A DNA stretch of 64,000 nucleotides from contig OX597814.1 in NCBI GenBank assembly GCA_951406725.2, forward strand, positions 96,038,001-96,102,000. Reading direction: 5' to 3'. This stretch comes from Octopus vulgaris. Lineage: Eukaryota. The notes under the pieces are model-generated. The model had not been told where the DNA came from. It ran no database searches and was given only the letters and a program-made list of their open reading frames with translations. This document shows positions 1-11,708 of the stretch, piece by piece (the stretch's first letter is position 1; each line of letters begins with the position of its first letter). The position numbers were made by a program, and so were the translations under genes.

Positions 1-660
1 ATGCTCAGGAGCAATAAACAATAAAAATGTGCAGAGAACAACTTCCTCCACATTCCAAGGAGAAAAGCTAGAAGTAGTTGATAACTTCTATTACCTAGGT
101 AACCAAGTCAGTAGTGGGGGCGGGTGCACTGAAAGTGTAACTGTTAGAATAAGAATAGCCAGGGCAAAGTTCAGAGAGCTCTTACCTCTGCTGGTGACAA
201 AGGGCCTCTCACTCAGAGTAAAAGGTAGACTGTATAACGCATGTGTATGAACAGTCATGCTACATGGCAGTGAAACATGGGCTGTGACTGCTGAGGACAT
301 ATGTAAGCTCGCAAGAAATGAAGCCAGTGTGTTCTGATGGATGTGTAATGTCAGTGTGCATACTCAACAGAGTGTAAGTACCTTGAGAGAAAAATTGGAC
401 CTAAGAAGCATCAGTTGTGGTGTGCAAGAGAGACGTTTGCGCTGGTATGGGCATGTGGCGAGAATGGAAGTGGATAGCTGTGTGAAAAATTGCCACACCT
501 TAGCGGTTGAGGGAACCTGTGGAAGAGGTAGACCCAGGAAGACCTGGTATGAGGTGGTGAAGCACGACCTTTGAACATTAGGCCTCACTGAGGCAATGAC
601 TAGTGACTGAGACCTTTGGAAATTTGCAGTGTGTGAAAAGACCCGGCAAGCCAAGTTACA
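1..660 (+). mobile_element. RTE-clade LINE, decayed 3' end of ORF (truncated by window start)
   Basis: Translates as ...VDNFYYLG..VRIRIARAKFRELLPLL..KGRLYNACV*TVMLHGSETW...ERRLRWYGHVARM..GRGRPRKTW, the typical RTE post-RT C-terminus; interrupted by stops. Confidence 0.85.
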
Positions 661-1030
661 CCCCCTATGCCAGGGGTATAATGAGTCCTTCATTGGACAC
701 TAAACTCTGCTTGTGAAGACCTGTTGAGGCAAGTGAAATAAAAATCAAATCAAATTCACAAATTCGATGACTGGAACCTGTGCCTGTGGAACGCTAAGAG
801 CACCATCCGAGCGTGATCGCTGCCAGAGAAGCAGACTGGCTTCCATGCTGGTGGCACGTAAAAAGGCACCATTCAAATGTGATTGTTATCATCATCGCCT
901 TACTGACACTTGTGCTGGTGGCATGTGAAAAACATTCGAGTGAGGTCGTTGCCAGTGCCGCTGGACTGGCTCCTGTGCAGGTTGCATATAAAAAACACTA
1001 CTTGAGCATGGCTGTTGCCAGTACCACCTT
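661..1030 (+). repeat. 3' UTR-like repeat attached to the RTE element
   Basis: Repeated unit TGCTGGTGGCA(C/T)GTAAAAAGCACC, also seen at 11260-11706. Confidence 0.55.
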
Positions 1031-1912
1031 AATACATTCACTGTGTAAATGAAATGAATTGTTTGCAATGGTGAATTTTTTAAGCCAATTCATGACTCAT
1101 CTTGCTGAAAGTTCTATGATATTCTCACGAGAACCAGTAGAAATTTTAAAACCACAAGGCCTTAAATTTATGCAGATGAATTATGAACTTGTAGGATATT
1201 TTTTTGTCTTTCCACATGCGTTAATCAAAATAAAATGGTTTCCTATGGGAACCAAGATCAAGACTCGGTTTGACTTACTATATGAATCTATCACAGTTCT
1301 TTTCAGATAAAATATTGGAGATTAAAATTTTTTTTTTAACTTTAGGAAAAGAATCTACCAGAAGTAGGTACTATGAGTATTTTGAAAATGAACAAACCAG
1401 AATGGCATTACATTCTCATAGGAGTTATTGCTTCTTCCATACTTGGTGCCATCCTACCAGCCTACGGATTATTACTTGGTGAAGTTATACATGTAAGTAT
1501 AATTAGATCTGTTATAGATTACATTAATTGCTGATGTGATGGATTTAAGTTTTGGCTAGAAACTTAATATAAAGCAGTGACTAGAATTATATTTAAATAC
1601 ATTTTCACTGTATACCAAAGTTACTTTGATAATTTACTGTGATGTTTGATGATGCTCATATTATAACAATGACTATTAGTTGCACATTTGAAATGATTCA
1701 TTCTAAATAAAGAAAATCTATGTACATACTCTTTCCTTGGAATGCAACTGCTGAGGTAGCAGCTCTCGTCAATAATCTGATTGAGGTTCATTGTTAAAAG
1801 TATTAGATCTCTGCAAATTATGGTTAGAAAAATTTGAACCATGTTTAAAGAAGTGTAAATATTCCACTGTCTTATATAGTTATCTGTTCTCAGTTAATTT
1901 ATTTGAAAAATA

Positions 1913-2292
1913 AGTGGCTGTGTGGTAAGTAGCTTGCTATCCAACCACATGGTTCCGGGTTCAGTCCCACCGCGTGGCACCTAAGGCAAGTGTCTTCTGC
2001 TATAGCCCCGGGCCGACCAATGCCTTGTGAGTGGATTTGGTAGACGGAAACTGAAAGAAGCCTGTCGTATATATGTATATATATATGTATGTGTGTGTAT
2101 GTGTTTGTGTGTCTGTGTTTGTCTCCCTAGCATTGCTTGACAACCGATGCTGGTGTGTTTACGTCCCCGTCACTTAGCGGTTCGGCAAAAAGACCGATAG
2201 AATAAGTACTGGGCTTACAAAGAATAAGTCCCGGGGTCGATTTGCTCGACTAAAGGCAGTGCTCCAGCATGGCTGAAGAGAGAGTAAAGAGT
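1913..2292 (+). mobile_element. tRNA-derived SINE, family A
   Basis: Head GTGGCTGTGTGGTAAG (A box) ... GGTTCAGTCCC (B box-like), CCTTGGGCAAGTGTCTT-type core, internal (TA)/(TG) tract, tail GTGCTCCAGCATGGC; many other copies in window. Confidence 0.9.
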
Positions 2293-2882
2293 GTATTTGT
2301 CAATGAAGGCAGTCAGTATGCTACAATGTACATTTTACGATAAGCTATTTATCCCTGATGCCAACATAAGATAGAGATATAGGTGTGTACAAGCATATTT
2401 AATATGTTAGTGTACATTGAAACATGGGAAGACCACTGCTATGAAAACTGTCTCTGGAAAGAAATTTTCCCTATAAACAATGTATAAGAAGAACACACTG
2501 CTGGGTTATGAAGGACATTGTTAAACCGTGAGATACCTGTTTCTGCATCGTTATGCTTCATCAGTATGAACACCAAATCCATCGACCATAGCCTGCTAAG
2601 AACTGTCGTTCTAATATTTAAGCAGCAAATAAAACATTTTCTGATGTGTGCAAAGCTTTGTCAAGCAGGAATTAATTAAAGTAGAGATATACTAAGCAGT
2701 GATAATTAAAATATAGTAGTGCACACTTATATTTAACATGTTCATGTACACCTGGCCTTGGAAAGACCTCTACTTATTCCTTTCATTTTAATTAAAGGAC
2801 CATTATCTATCTGTATACCTATCTGTCTGGCTGTCTGTTTGCCTATCTATCAATCTAACTATCTGCCTGTCTTCCTGTTTGC

Positions 2883-2913
<31 letters not shown>

Positions 2914-2936
2914 TCTTATCTATCTATTTATGTCAG

Positions 2937-3026
2937 CATATAGGAGGTGATAAAGATGAAATTCACAAGTTCTGCTTGCTGTTTGCTTTAGCTGGTGTAA
3001 CGTCCTTCATTCTTTATTTAATACAG
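2937..3026 (+). CDS. ABCB1: ABCB1-like exon 1 in window (HIGGDKDEIHKFCLLFALAGVTSFILYLIQ, TM8 region)
   Basis: tgtcag acceptor / gtaagt donor, 90 nt; aligns by eye to human P-gp LFSLLFLALGIISFITFFLQ; the acceptor position is less certain than the donor. Confidence 0.8.
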
Positions 3027-3304
3027 GTAAGTGAATTTATGAATATCTATTTAATTTCATTGATATTAGTTTATGTAGATCTGAGGATTATCTTGTCTTG
3101 AAACTGCTTCTAATTTTCCATAGATACATGCCATGAAGATAGAGTCTTTGGAGTTTTCTTAACTGAAGAATTGGTGAAAGCCCTTGTCACATCTTATTAA
3201 TTTTTGAATGTGATGTTGTTAGTTCCTCACCTGAATGCAACCCCATATCAGGTTCTTTAAAGCAGTGTTGTGATTTGCACTAGTATTTTCATTCTTAACA
3301 GTCC

Positions 3305-3607
3305 TTAGACTCCCTTCGGTCATGAATGACCATGGGATTGCACCTAGAAAGTTTCCATCTGAGACACAAGTTTGGGCGGGGCTGTTTATGGAAAACCAGC
3401 AGTCACCCATGCATACCAATCTCCCCTCTCCATGCCACTGATATTATTCAAGGGAAAGGCAACTCATTTCTACAGATGAGTGAACTGGAGCAACGTGAAA
3501 TAAAGTGTCTTGTTCAAGAATTTAACATACAGCCCGGTCTGGGAATCAAACTTACAAACTCACAATTGTAAGCCTGACTCTCTAACCACTGAGCCATGCA
3601 CCTTCAC
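3305..3607 (-). mobile_element. tRNA-derived SINE, family C
   Basis: Minus strand begins GTGAAGGTGCATGGCTCAGTGGTTAGAG...GAGTTTGATTCCC-like B box, then CTTGAACAAGACACTTTATTTCACGTTGCTCCAG core shared with 17444-17768 and 58720-58900. Confidence 0.8.
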
Positions 3608-3639
3608 AGTAGTAATATGTATCAAGAATTAGATTTTAC

Positions 3640-4290
3640 TCTCAACTGCTTTATTTTTATGTTGATTTCATATCATCTGCAAGAAGAGCAAGATCATCTG
3701 CATAGTCGGCATCCAATATTTTTACTGCAGGATGTCTTCTTCTTTTAGCTCTCTCGAGTGTAAACCCATAATCTTTGTTGATGTCGATGGATATATGTCA
3801 AACATAATCCAGGCATATTACAAACAGGTATGGAGACAAAGTGTCTTCTTGAAGAACACCAGCATGAATATCAAAAGAATTCAGGGTTCCCATCAGATGG
3901 GTGCACTTTTGCTTGAGTGTTCTGATAAAGCATCTTCACAGAGACAACTGTCTCTCTAGGAACTTAATCTTTCTTGGCAACATAATCCTATAAAGCAGTG
4001 ACTGTATGGCAGTCTTCTTACCATCATTTGGTAATCAGAGAAGGTGCATGTTATGCAGGACACTACTGGAGAAGCAAGGAGGAAATATCCAGCGATCTCA
4101 TTCTCTGGAAACCCATACATGGACATATGTAAGTATCTGCAGACCAAGAAGAGCATATATTGATCAAATCATGGAAGACACTGGACACAATATTGAGGAT
4201 ATGAAGACTACAAATGGAGACAGAGACATCTGGTGTGGAAAAATTGTACTAGTATGGGCAAGTTGCCTGACTGGATTGATAGATTCCATG
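3640..4290. mobile_element. RTE-clade LINE fragment with inverted 5' part
   Basis: Minus strand ~3930 to 3640 reads DIHAGVLQEDTLSPYLFVICLDYV...HPAVKILDADYADDLALL (RT motifs); plus strand ~3980-4270 reads AGHYWRSKEEISSDLILWKP...RPRRAYIDQIMEDTG (RTE C-terminus). Confidence 0.75.
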
Positions 4291-4360
4291 TTGTACAAGC
4301 ACTGTCAGTATAAGGGACCCAATTTTGTTCTAAATATGCAAGGGGGAAAAATAAGTAATT

Positions 4361-4561
4361 TCCCCCTAGCATTGCTTGACAACCGATGCTGGTGTGTTTA
4401 TGTCCCCGTTACTTAGCAGTTCGGCAAAAAAGACTGATAGAATAAGTACTGGGCTTACAAAAGAATAAGTCCCGGGGTCGAGTTGCTCGATTAAAGGCAG
4501 TGCTCCAGCATGGCTGCAGTGAAATGACTGAAACAAGTAAAAGAGTAAAAGAATAAAAGAA
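4361..4561 (+). mobile_element. SINE family A, 3' half
   Basis: Matches the CTAGCATTGCTTGACAACCGATGCTGG...ACTGAAACAAGTAAAAGAG part of family A. Confidence 0.85.
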
Positions 4562-4662
4562 TATGTTCTTCAAATTAGCTTAACCTAGAAGAGATTCTCG
4601 CATCACCAGAAGCAAACCACGTCTTAATAAGCGCTTTTATCTGCTAACTTAGTTGTATACAG

Positions 4663-4888
4663 TTACCCCTTTAGCATTCAGATTACTCTGTCAAATGTAA
4701 TGCTTTTTATTCACGTTGTTTTGAATTAATCATGCATTACCTTGTAGCTTGAGATTTCAATGGTGCGTTTGTATATTTTTAGAATGACATTGTAGGGTAG
4801 GTGTAAGAGATTGAATCTGGTCAGTTTTAACATAAAACAAGTAGAATATTTGGGCCGGATATGACCAGATTAAATGCTAAAGGGTTAA
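4663..4888. mobile_element. piggyBac-like MITE (~220 bp)
   Basis: Terminal inverted repeats CCCTTTAGCATT...AATGCTAAAGGG followed by TTAA; a second copy in opposite orientation at 9932-10158. Confidence 0.75.
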
Positions 4889-5363
4889 CTATCTTAGTCT
4901 TATTTGTTTTTTTTTCCCTTTCTCCCCAAAGAAGACAGCCTCTTTATAAAAAAGTCTATGTTTATTTTATTAATTACTGCATGGAATTATTTTGTTGTTT
5001 GGTCACATAATATCAAAATGAAAAAGATGTCAGATTTTTTTTGCTACATTTTTGCTAAAATGCAGTTGTCACTTAATCATTGAAAAAAACAACAACAACT
5101 GTAACTGCAATGATTATATATTTTAGTTGCAAATGTGAAACATAAATGCATTTTTCCTTATTACAAAAGGCTGAAATATTTCTTGGTAAAATCTTTATCG
5201 GCAAATGCCATTGACAACTAAATTTCATAAATTGAAAGACACAAAAATCACAGGAACCCGATTTTTTTCTCCCACTTAAATTTTTGGTCTTCAGATTGAA
5301 TGTTAATCAATATTTGTAAATGTTTATTGATGCCAGTCTGAAAATAATATTATTTAATTTTAG

Positions 5364-5441
5364 TATTCTATGTTTGGAATATCTGGTGAAATGCTAACTA
5401 TGAGGATACGGTCCAGATTATTCAAGTCCATTCTACATCAG
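5364..5441 (+). CDS. ABCB1: ABCB1-like exon 2 (YSMFGISGEMLTMRIRSRLFKSILHQ)
   Basis: ttttag / gtaagt, 78 nt phase 0; matches P-gp [26 protein letters not shown]. Confidence 0.93.
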
Positions 5442-5503
5442 GTAAGTGAATTCATTGAATAAAATGAAATATAATAAAATAATGTATATATATATATATA
5501 TAT

Positions 5504-5577
5504 CAGCAGTGGTGCCCCAGCATGCCGCGGCCTTCGGGCTAAAACATTTTTAAGGATATTTTAAGGATTTTAAGGAT
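5504..5577 (+). mobile_element. Isolated 3' tail of the CR1-type LINE
   Basis: CAGCAGTGGTGCCCCAGCATG...TTCGGGCTAAAACATTTTTAAGGAT, near-identical to 36581-36646. Confidence 0.75.
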
Positions 5578-5646
5578 ATAGGTATATATTTTCAGAAATG
5601 TACTTGCATAGCAAGTGACCTGATCTAAGATCCTGTGCTGGAACGA

Positions 5647-5947
5647 AAACAATTGCAGCGTGGAAAGTGTTTATAGTCCATTTAAGAAACACACAAAAAG
5701 CGTTAGATTAACTTCAACATTTAAATTCAATTTGCCAAAATATTTTCATCATTTTGAGACCGCAACCTGTTCACTGACAAAATTCCATGCTGTTCGGAGA
5801 TGCAGCACGGAATTTTGTCAGTGAACAGGTCATGGTCTCAAAGAGACGAAAATATTTGGCAAATTAAATTTAAATGTTGAAGTGAATCTAATGGTTTTTA
5901 TGTGTTTCTTAAATGGCTTATAAACACCTTCCACGCTGGAATTGTTT
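5647..5947. repeat. Foldback element (~146-bp arms, 10-nt spacer) with a hammerhead-like motif in each arm
   Basis: 5647-5792 is an imperfect reverse complement of 5803-5947; GTGAACA-stem-GAAA-ATATT motif at 5811-5865 (+) and 5729-5784 (-). Confidence 0.85.
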
Positions 5948-6654
5948 ATATATTTTCATGTTTAGCAAAATCAGTTGAAATAACTTTTGGATTGATATTA
6001 TGCAATGGCATAGAAAGAGTTCTCTCTCCCTGGGAGCGAATCCATTTTGGTACCCCACCTTAATTAACAGGTATTGTGGAGTCAGAGAGAATTTTGTGCT
6101 TCTCCACACTAGTGCTTGCAAGCAATTTCCATATGCTTTTGAAACAGAAAAGAAGTGAAAAAATTGAATGGCTTTGAATTTAGTAACATATTTTGTGTTA
6201 ATCAAACACAACACCTATTCCTTCTAAGCATATTAATTATAATTTGCCATTATGTATTTCCTAAAAGCCTCTTGTCAAGTGTCATGTTCTAGGTTCACAA
6301 AATTTCATAACCAACTAGCTGAAAATTAGCTAATTGGAATTAGTAAATTTAAATTATTTTTACTTGTATCCAAAAGCAAATCCTAAGCATTTCACAAGAC
6401 TTTCTCCTTACCCTTTCTCTTTATCATTACTTGTTTGGAGAATCTATAACATTTATAAATAAATGCCTTGAATAATGCATTATAAAGTATGCAAACCATT
6501 GACTATGTAGATCATAAATTATAGAAATACAGTGGTAGAGAGCGTAACTTTTGCAATAACCTTGAAGGTTCTAACTGTGTTTCACTCATGTTTTGTAGGT
6601 GGAAAGAGTGATAACATTCTCTTGAAATGTATGCATAAAATTTTACATTTACGA

Positions 6655-7079
6655 ATTTGTGTTGCCAGATTCCTGATATGAAGTTGTGTGTTGAAACAAA
6701 TATTGTATTTTGGTATGGTCATTTTTTTTTTGCCAAATAAGCACATGCGCTGTATATTTGTTCTTCACTTGTTTATTACTGTTTTTATTTTAACTCATGT
6801 CCATTGTCTGGAAATCTTTAATCACACATCTGTGACCTCCTTAGTGACACTTTCTATCTGCTTATTCCATATTCTGGAATGGAATAAGCAGAGCAAGAGC
6901 ACACAGGAAGACGGAAGGTGTCACTGAGAAGGTCACAGATGTATGACGAAAGATTTCTGGATAATGGATATAAGTTAGAATAAAAATAGTGATAAATGAG
7001 TGAAGAACAAATACATAGTGCATGTGTTTATTTGGCAAAAATAAATAAAAAAAAATGAATATCTCAAAATACAACAATA
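6655..7079. repeat. Foldback element, same family as 54050-56205; degenerate hammerhead cores
   Basis: Inverted arms centred near 6875; TGTCACTGAGAAGGTCACAGATGTATGACGAAAGATTTC matches the motif at 56041-56086. Confidence 0.8.
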
Positions 7080-7406
7080 TGCATAAAATATTGGCATCAA
7101 AGAAAACTGACCAAAAATTTAAGTTTTACTTATATATAACTTTTTACAAAGAATTTACTAATGCAAAAGATGTTGAAAGGCAACTTGAATATGGTAATGT
7201 ACATTTTAACTGGTTTGGTTTAGGGGAAGTAGCTTCGCTTATTGCCTTCCTAGGTCCTCCAAAACTGCTCAGATAGTTAACATTTCCTCTAAGCAGTTGT
7301 AAGTCAACAGCTACAGGAAAAACATATGTAGGGAGTGCATTCTAGTGGGATGTCATTTAGAGGAAAACCGATTAGGTATGGTGGTTAATTTGGTTTTGTG
7401 GGGTTA

Positions 7407-7607
7407 AGATGGTGAGCTGGCAGAATTGGGTAAAATCCAGGTGAAAAATTTAGTGGCATTTCATCCATCTTTACGTTCTGAGTTCAAATTCCACTGAGGT
7501 TGACTTTCAGGGTTGATAAAATAAGTACTAGTCGAGCATTGGATTTGATGTAATTGACTTACCCCCAACCCTTGAAATTGATGACCTTGTGCCAAAATTT
7601 GCAATCA
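7407..7607 (+). mobile_element. tRNA-derived SINE, family B (decayed)
   Basis: GGTGAGCTGGCAGAA...GAGTTCAAATTCC...GATAAAATAAGTAC. Confidence 0.75.
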
Positions 7608-8034
7608 GTACGGCGTTGTGAAGGTTGGATACATATGGGTGACGAATGAGTAGAGAGTGCCTGTAAGAGGGTGAATGAAACTGGTCAGTTCTGACATGCA
7701 GAAGCTACCATTGTTTGCAGTGTATTATAAAAAAAGAAGAGGTGGAGAAGACAGTACATCTGTGATCCAGAAACTGAAGTGTGTTGATGAACAATACATG
7801 TTACTCAATCAAAATATCTTTCTTCAAATACTTTCTCAAATGACAGAGTGTGTAGTAGTAACACTATCCTAAATATTGAAACAATACTCCATTGCTGTCT
7901 CGACCTGAGAGTTAGTAGTTATTCATTAATAGCTTTCAGAACGTTGTAAATTCTATCCTCTAGGTTCTTTTTCTTTCTCTTTCTTTCTTATATAGCATGT
8001 AATGATCTGTTATTGTCCATTCATATTCTTTTGT

Positions 8035-8072
<38 letters not shown>

Positions 8073-8387
8073 TCAGTTGTCCATAAGTCAGTAAAAAAGC
8101 ATGCTGTAAAAGAAATTTTTATTTTTAGCTGTTATATTTTATGTAGTTGAGTAGTATATCCTTAGTTGTATATAGTCGGTCAGAAAGTTACCAGTGACTT
8201 AATGAGTACTATTGCACTTGACAATATAGGTGACTAATCAGGTCTGATGAGTTGTCTATATATATATATATAAATACATATTGATTGATTGATTCATCGA
8301 GAATGTGTGTTTAACATGTTATCTGTTACGTATATATGAATGTAATTAAGAATTCTATGTTTGATACATCTAAATCTATTTTGTTAG

Positions 8388-8471
8388 GAAATGTCATGGT
8401 TTGATGATAAAAATAATAGTACTGGACATTTGTGTACACGATTAACAGTTGATTCTTCACGAGTAAAAGGA
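8388..8471 (+). CDS. ABCB1: ABCB1-like exon 3 (EMSWFDDKNNSTGHLCTRLTVDSSRVKG)
   Basis: ttgttag / gtaagt, 84 nt; matches P-gp [28 protein letters not shown]. Confidence 0.95.
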
Positions 8472-9057
8472 GTAAGTTCAAATACTAATTAAAATATGCT
8501 TTTTTTCATTTGTAAATCCAATTAATTTTCTCAGACTTGCCGACCTTTTCAGATATTTTAAATTATTAAAGTTTTTGAACCACAGTTTCCAAGGATTTAT
8601 GTGTAGTTATTATCAGCTAGTTTTAACCACCTAAAAAAATCAAACATAAATAGAACAACTAACAAAAATATTATTGTTTTGGTAAGGATAACAGAATAAT
8701 TGTCTGAAAAATCCTGATTTTGCATTACACTATGACTATGATATTGCAAATCTTCCTTTTAGAACTCAATGATATGAAGTATTTTATGAAGTGAATTTGT
8801 TGTTTAGTTGTCATCTTCCTCAAACAACAAATAACACCATTCCTCAGAATGTTGTTAGCCTGGCTAAAACTATCAGAATTTCGGAGTTGCAATTGACAGG
8901 CAAGCAATTTGATCAGAGACCGCATATTGAAACTGAAACTAAAGTGAGTTCAGCATCAAAAGCACAAAAACTATTAACTTCATTTAAACATGCATTTTAC
9001 TGTGTAACAAAATTTTAATGATATTTTGTCTTTGGTCAATATGTGTTATTTCCTGTT

Positions 9058-9275
9058 TGCTTCTATCTAAAAATCAAAGGAAATGACTACTATTCCATTA
9101 GAACTTTGCTTTTGTGACCTGTGGCCATCAATGTTTTGAAATTGGCCTATTTTCCATTACATTTCATGCTTCTATCTAAAAATCAAAGGAAATGACTACT
9201 ATTCCATTAGAACTTTGCTTTTGTGACCTGTGGCCATCAATGTTTTGAAATTGGCCTATTTTCCATTACATTTCA
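9058..9275. repeat. Perfect tandem duplication, 2 x 109 bp
   Basis: 9058-9166 appears identical to 9167-9275. Confidence 0.9.
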
Positions 9276-9693
9276 GACAGATTCAAGGCTGAGTTGCTGA
9301 TGCAGAAATATCATTATAGTAAATATTCTGCTCAGTACCACAGGTTTACTTGTTAGTTGCTTGACCATAACCACTTGAGTATGTTCCCTAGTGGCAGACA
9401 ATACATGCATCTGTGATCATGAGCAGGAGTAGTGGGGGAGCATCATAACAATTTGCTGAGAGGGATTCTTTGGGGTTTGAATAAATGTAACAAAACAAAG
9501 TTAGGAAATAGTGACTATTTTTCATACATTCTAGAGGTAAGCAAATAGGAAACAACAGTTGCTATCCAAGAACAAAAATCATATTACACAGTGTTATTTG
9601 GTGTCAAAATTTTTATTGTACAAACTGTGACATGGTCACTGACTAAATTACACTGCATCCTTTTAAAGATTGCTCTTTATTTCTATGAGGCAG

Positions 9694-9897
9694 GCTAGTG
9701 GAATAAAGCTTGGATTGTCGGTACAGATTCTTGGACATATGCTAACAGCAGTGATTTGTTGTTTTATATATGAATGGCGCTTAGCGTTACTTGTTTTCGC
9801 TTTCGTCCCGGTTATGGTATTTGCTTCTGCACTTGAACAGAAAATGTTTACCAACTCACTAAGTCAGAAATCTGAGTTGCTGGAGGAAGCAATAAAT
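9694..9897 (+). CDS. ABCB1: ABCB1-like exon 4 (ASGIKLGLSVQILG...FIYEWRLALLVFAFVP...LLEEAIN, TM9-TM10)
   Basis: gcag / gtgagt, 204 nt; matches P-gp AIGSRLA...SFIYGWQLTLLLLAIVP...ELEGSGK. Confidence 0.93.
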
Positions 9898-9931
9898 GTG
9901 AGTAATATTTTACAAATTCCTTTTTGTTGGT

Positions 9932-10158
9932 TTAACCCTTTAGTATTTAAACTGGCCATATCCGGCCAAAATAGCTAATCTGTTTTATGTTCAAACTGAC
10001 CAGATCCAGGCTCTCACACCTACCCTACAATGTTATTCTACATTAAGTAATTACACCATCAAGATCTTGAAGATATGAGATAATGCATGATTAATTCAAA
10101 TCAATGGGAATCAATAGGCATTATGTTTGATTGAATAATCTGAACACTAAAGGGTTAA
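9932..10158. mobile_element. piggyBac-like MITE
   Basis: TTAA-CCCTTTAGT...ACTAAAGGG-TTAA; internal sequence is the reverse-complement homologue of 4663-4888. Confidence 0.8.
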
Positions 10159-10429
10159 GAAACATTAACTGCATGTTAAAGGTTCTTCCAAGCTGATACC
10201 CTGTTCTATCTACCTACCTACCTATTACACACACACACACACATGCACATACACACACATATGCATGCACACACATATATATGTACATATACATGTATAA
10301 ATGTGTGTATTGTCATATAACCAGTCAACAAGGGTGCACCAGTTATGGTCTGGGGCACTAACCTCTACATGGAGAGGGCATTCAAACAGCATTTTGTTGC
10401 CCCTTACCCTCCAACCCCACCCTTCCCAT

Positions 10430-11255
10430 CAGTAGCACATATCCACAACCATCTCTTCTGTGATCTTCCTATCGCCACCCACTTCATTGTCCAAATTTCT
10501 CACACCTCTACCATCTATTTCCATTCTACAATTCATAAACACAACAACTCTGGCTGCCCCATCGTCTCAGCATGCAACTGCCCAACAGAACTTATTTCCA
10601 AGTATTTGGGTTTCATCCTTTTCCTCTTAGTTACTCTCTTCTCATCCCACATCTACAATACTTTTCGTACCTTCAATTCCTTTTCTTTTTCTCCTGGTCC
10701 TTCACAGTTTCTCTTTACCATGGATATGAAATTGCTCTATACTATTATTATTCTTCATAATGATAGTCTCCTACCACTCCAGTGCTTCCTCAACAGTTGC
10801 ATCATCCTTGAATCCTAATACACCTACACTTCTCTGCCTCATTAGACTTGTACTAAATCTCAGCTGCTTCACATTCATGGGTGAGGTCTACCAAGTTGCT
10901 GCGGGAGTTAGAATAGGCTCTAACCTTGCCAACTTATTTGTCAGCTATGTTGAGGATCAAATCTTCTTTGAGTTCACCAGACTGACCCCAGAGCTATAAG
11001 GCTGTTATCTGGACAATTGTATTGTCACAGCTTCACTCTCCCGTAAACATCTGAATAACTTCATTTCATTCGTTTTCTTTTTTTATCAGTCCCTTAAATT
11101 CACCCGTCTCTGACACCTCTGTTAACTTTTTAGATATCTCAGTCTCCATTAACCTATTTAATCACTCTATCACTTCTGCCTTCTTCAAACCTACCGATTT
11201 GTATTCCTACCTTGATTTTCCTTCCTCCCATCCTTATCGCATCAAACGTGCCAGT
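10430..11255 (+). mobile_element. Penelope-like element RT remnant
   Basis: IHKHNNSGCPIVSACNCPTELISKYL...FLFTMDMKLLYT...LVLNLSCFTFMGEVYQ...GSNLANLFVSYVE: PLE RT motifs with frameshifts. Confidence 0.8.
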
Positions 11256-11258
11256 GTC

Positions 11259-11708
11259 ACATAACCAGCCCACTCAAAAGTACCTTGGATTGTAGGACGA
11301 TATGCCATGCTTGAGGAGACCTATTGAGTCAAGTACATCAACATCAGCAATATCAAAATCAAAACAAATGGAAATTATAGTTGTGAGCCCTGTGCCAGTA
11401 GCACATAAAAAGTACCATCTGAATGTGGCAGATGCCAGCGTTGCCTTGACTGGCTTCTGTGCTGGTGGCATGTAAAAAGCACCATCCAATCATGGTCGAT
11501 TCCAGCTCCTCTGACCCCTTGTGCCAGTAGCACGTAAAAAGCACCCACTATACTCTTGAAGTGGTTGGCATTAGGAAGGGCATCCAGCTGTAGAAACACT
11601 GCCAGATCAGATTGGAGCTTGGTGCAGCCTCCTGGCTTCCCAGGCCCCAGTCGAACCGTCCAACCCATGCCAGCATCGAAAACGGACGTTAAATGATGAT
11701 GATGATGA
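11259..11708 (+). mobile_element. RTE-associated 3' repeat ending in (GAT)n
   Basis: Same GGCATGTAAAAAGCACC units as 661-1030, then TTAGGAAGGGCATCCAGC...GGACGTTAAATGATGATGATG tail. Confidence 0.65.
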
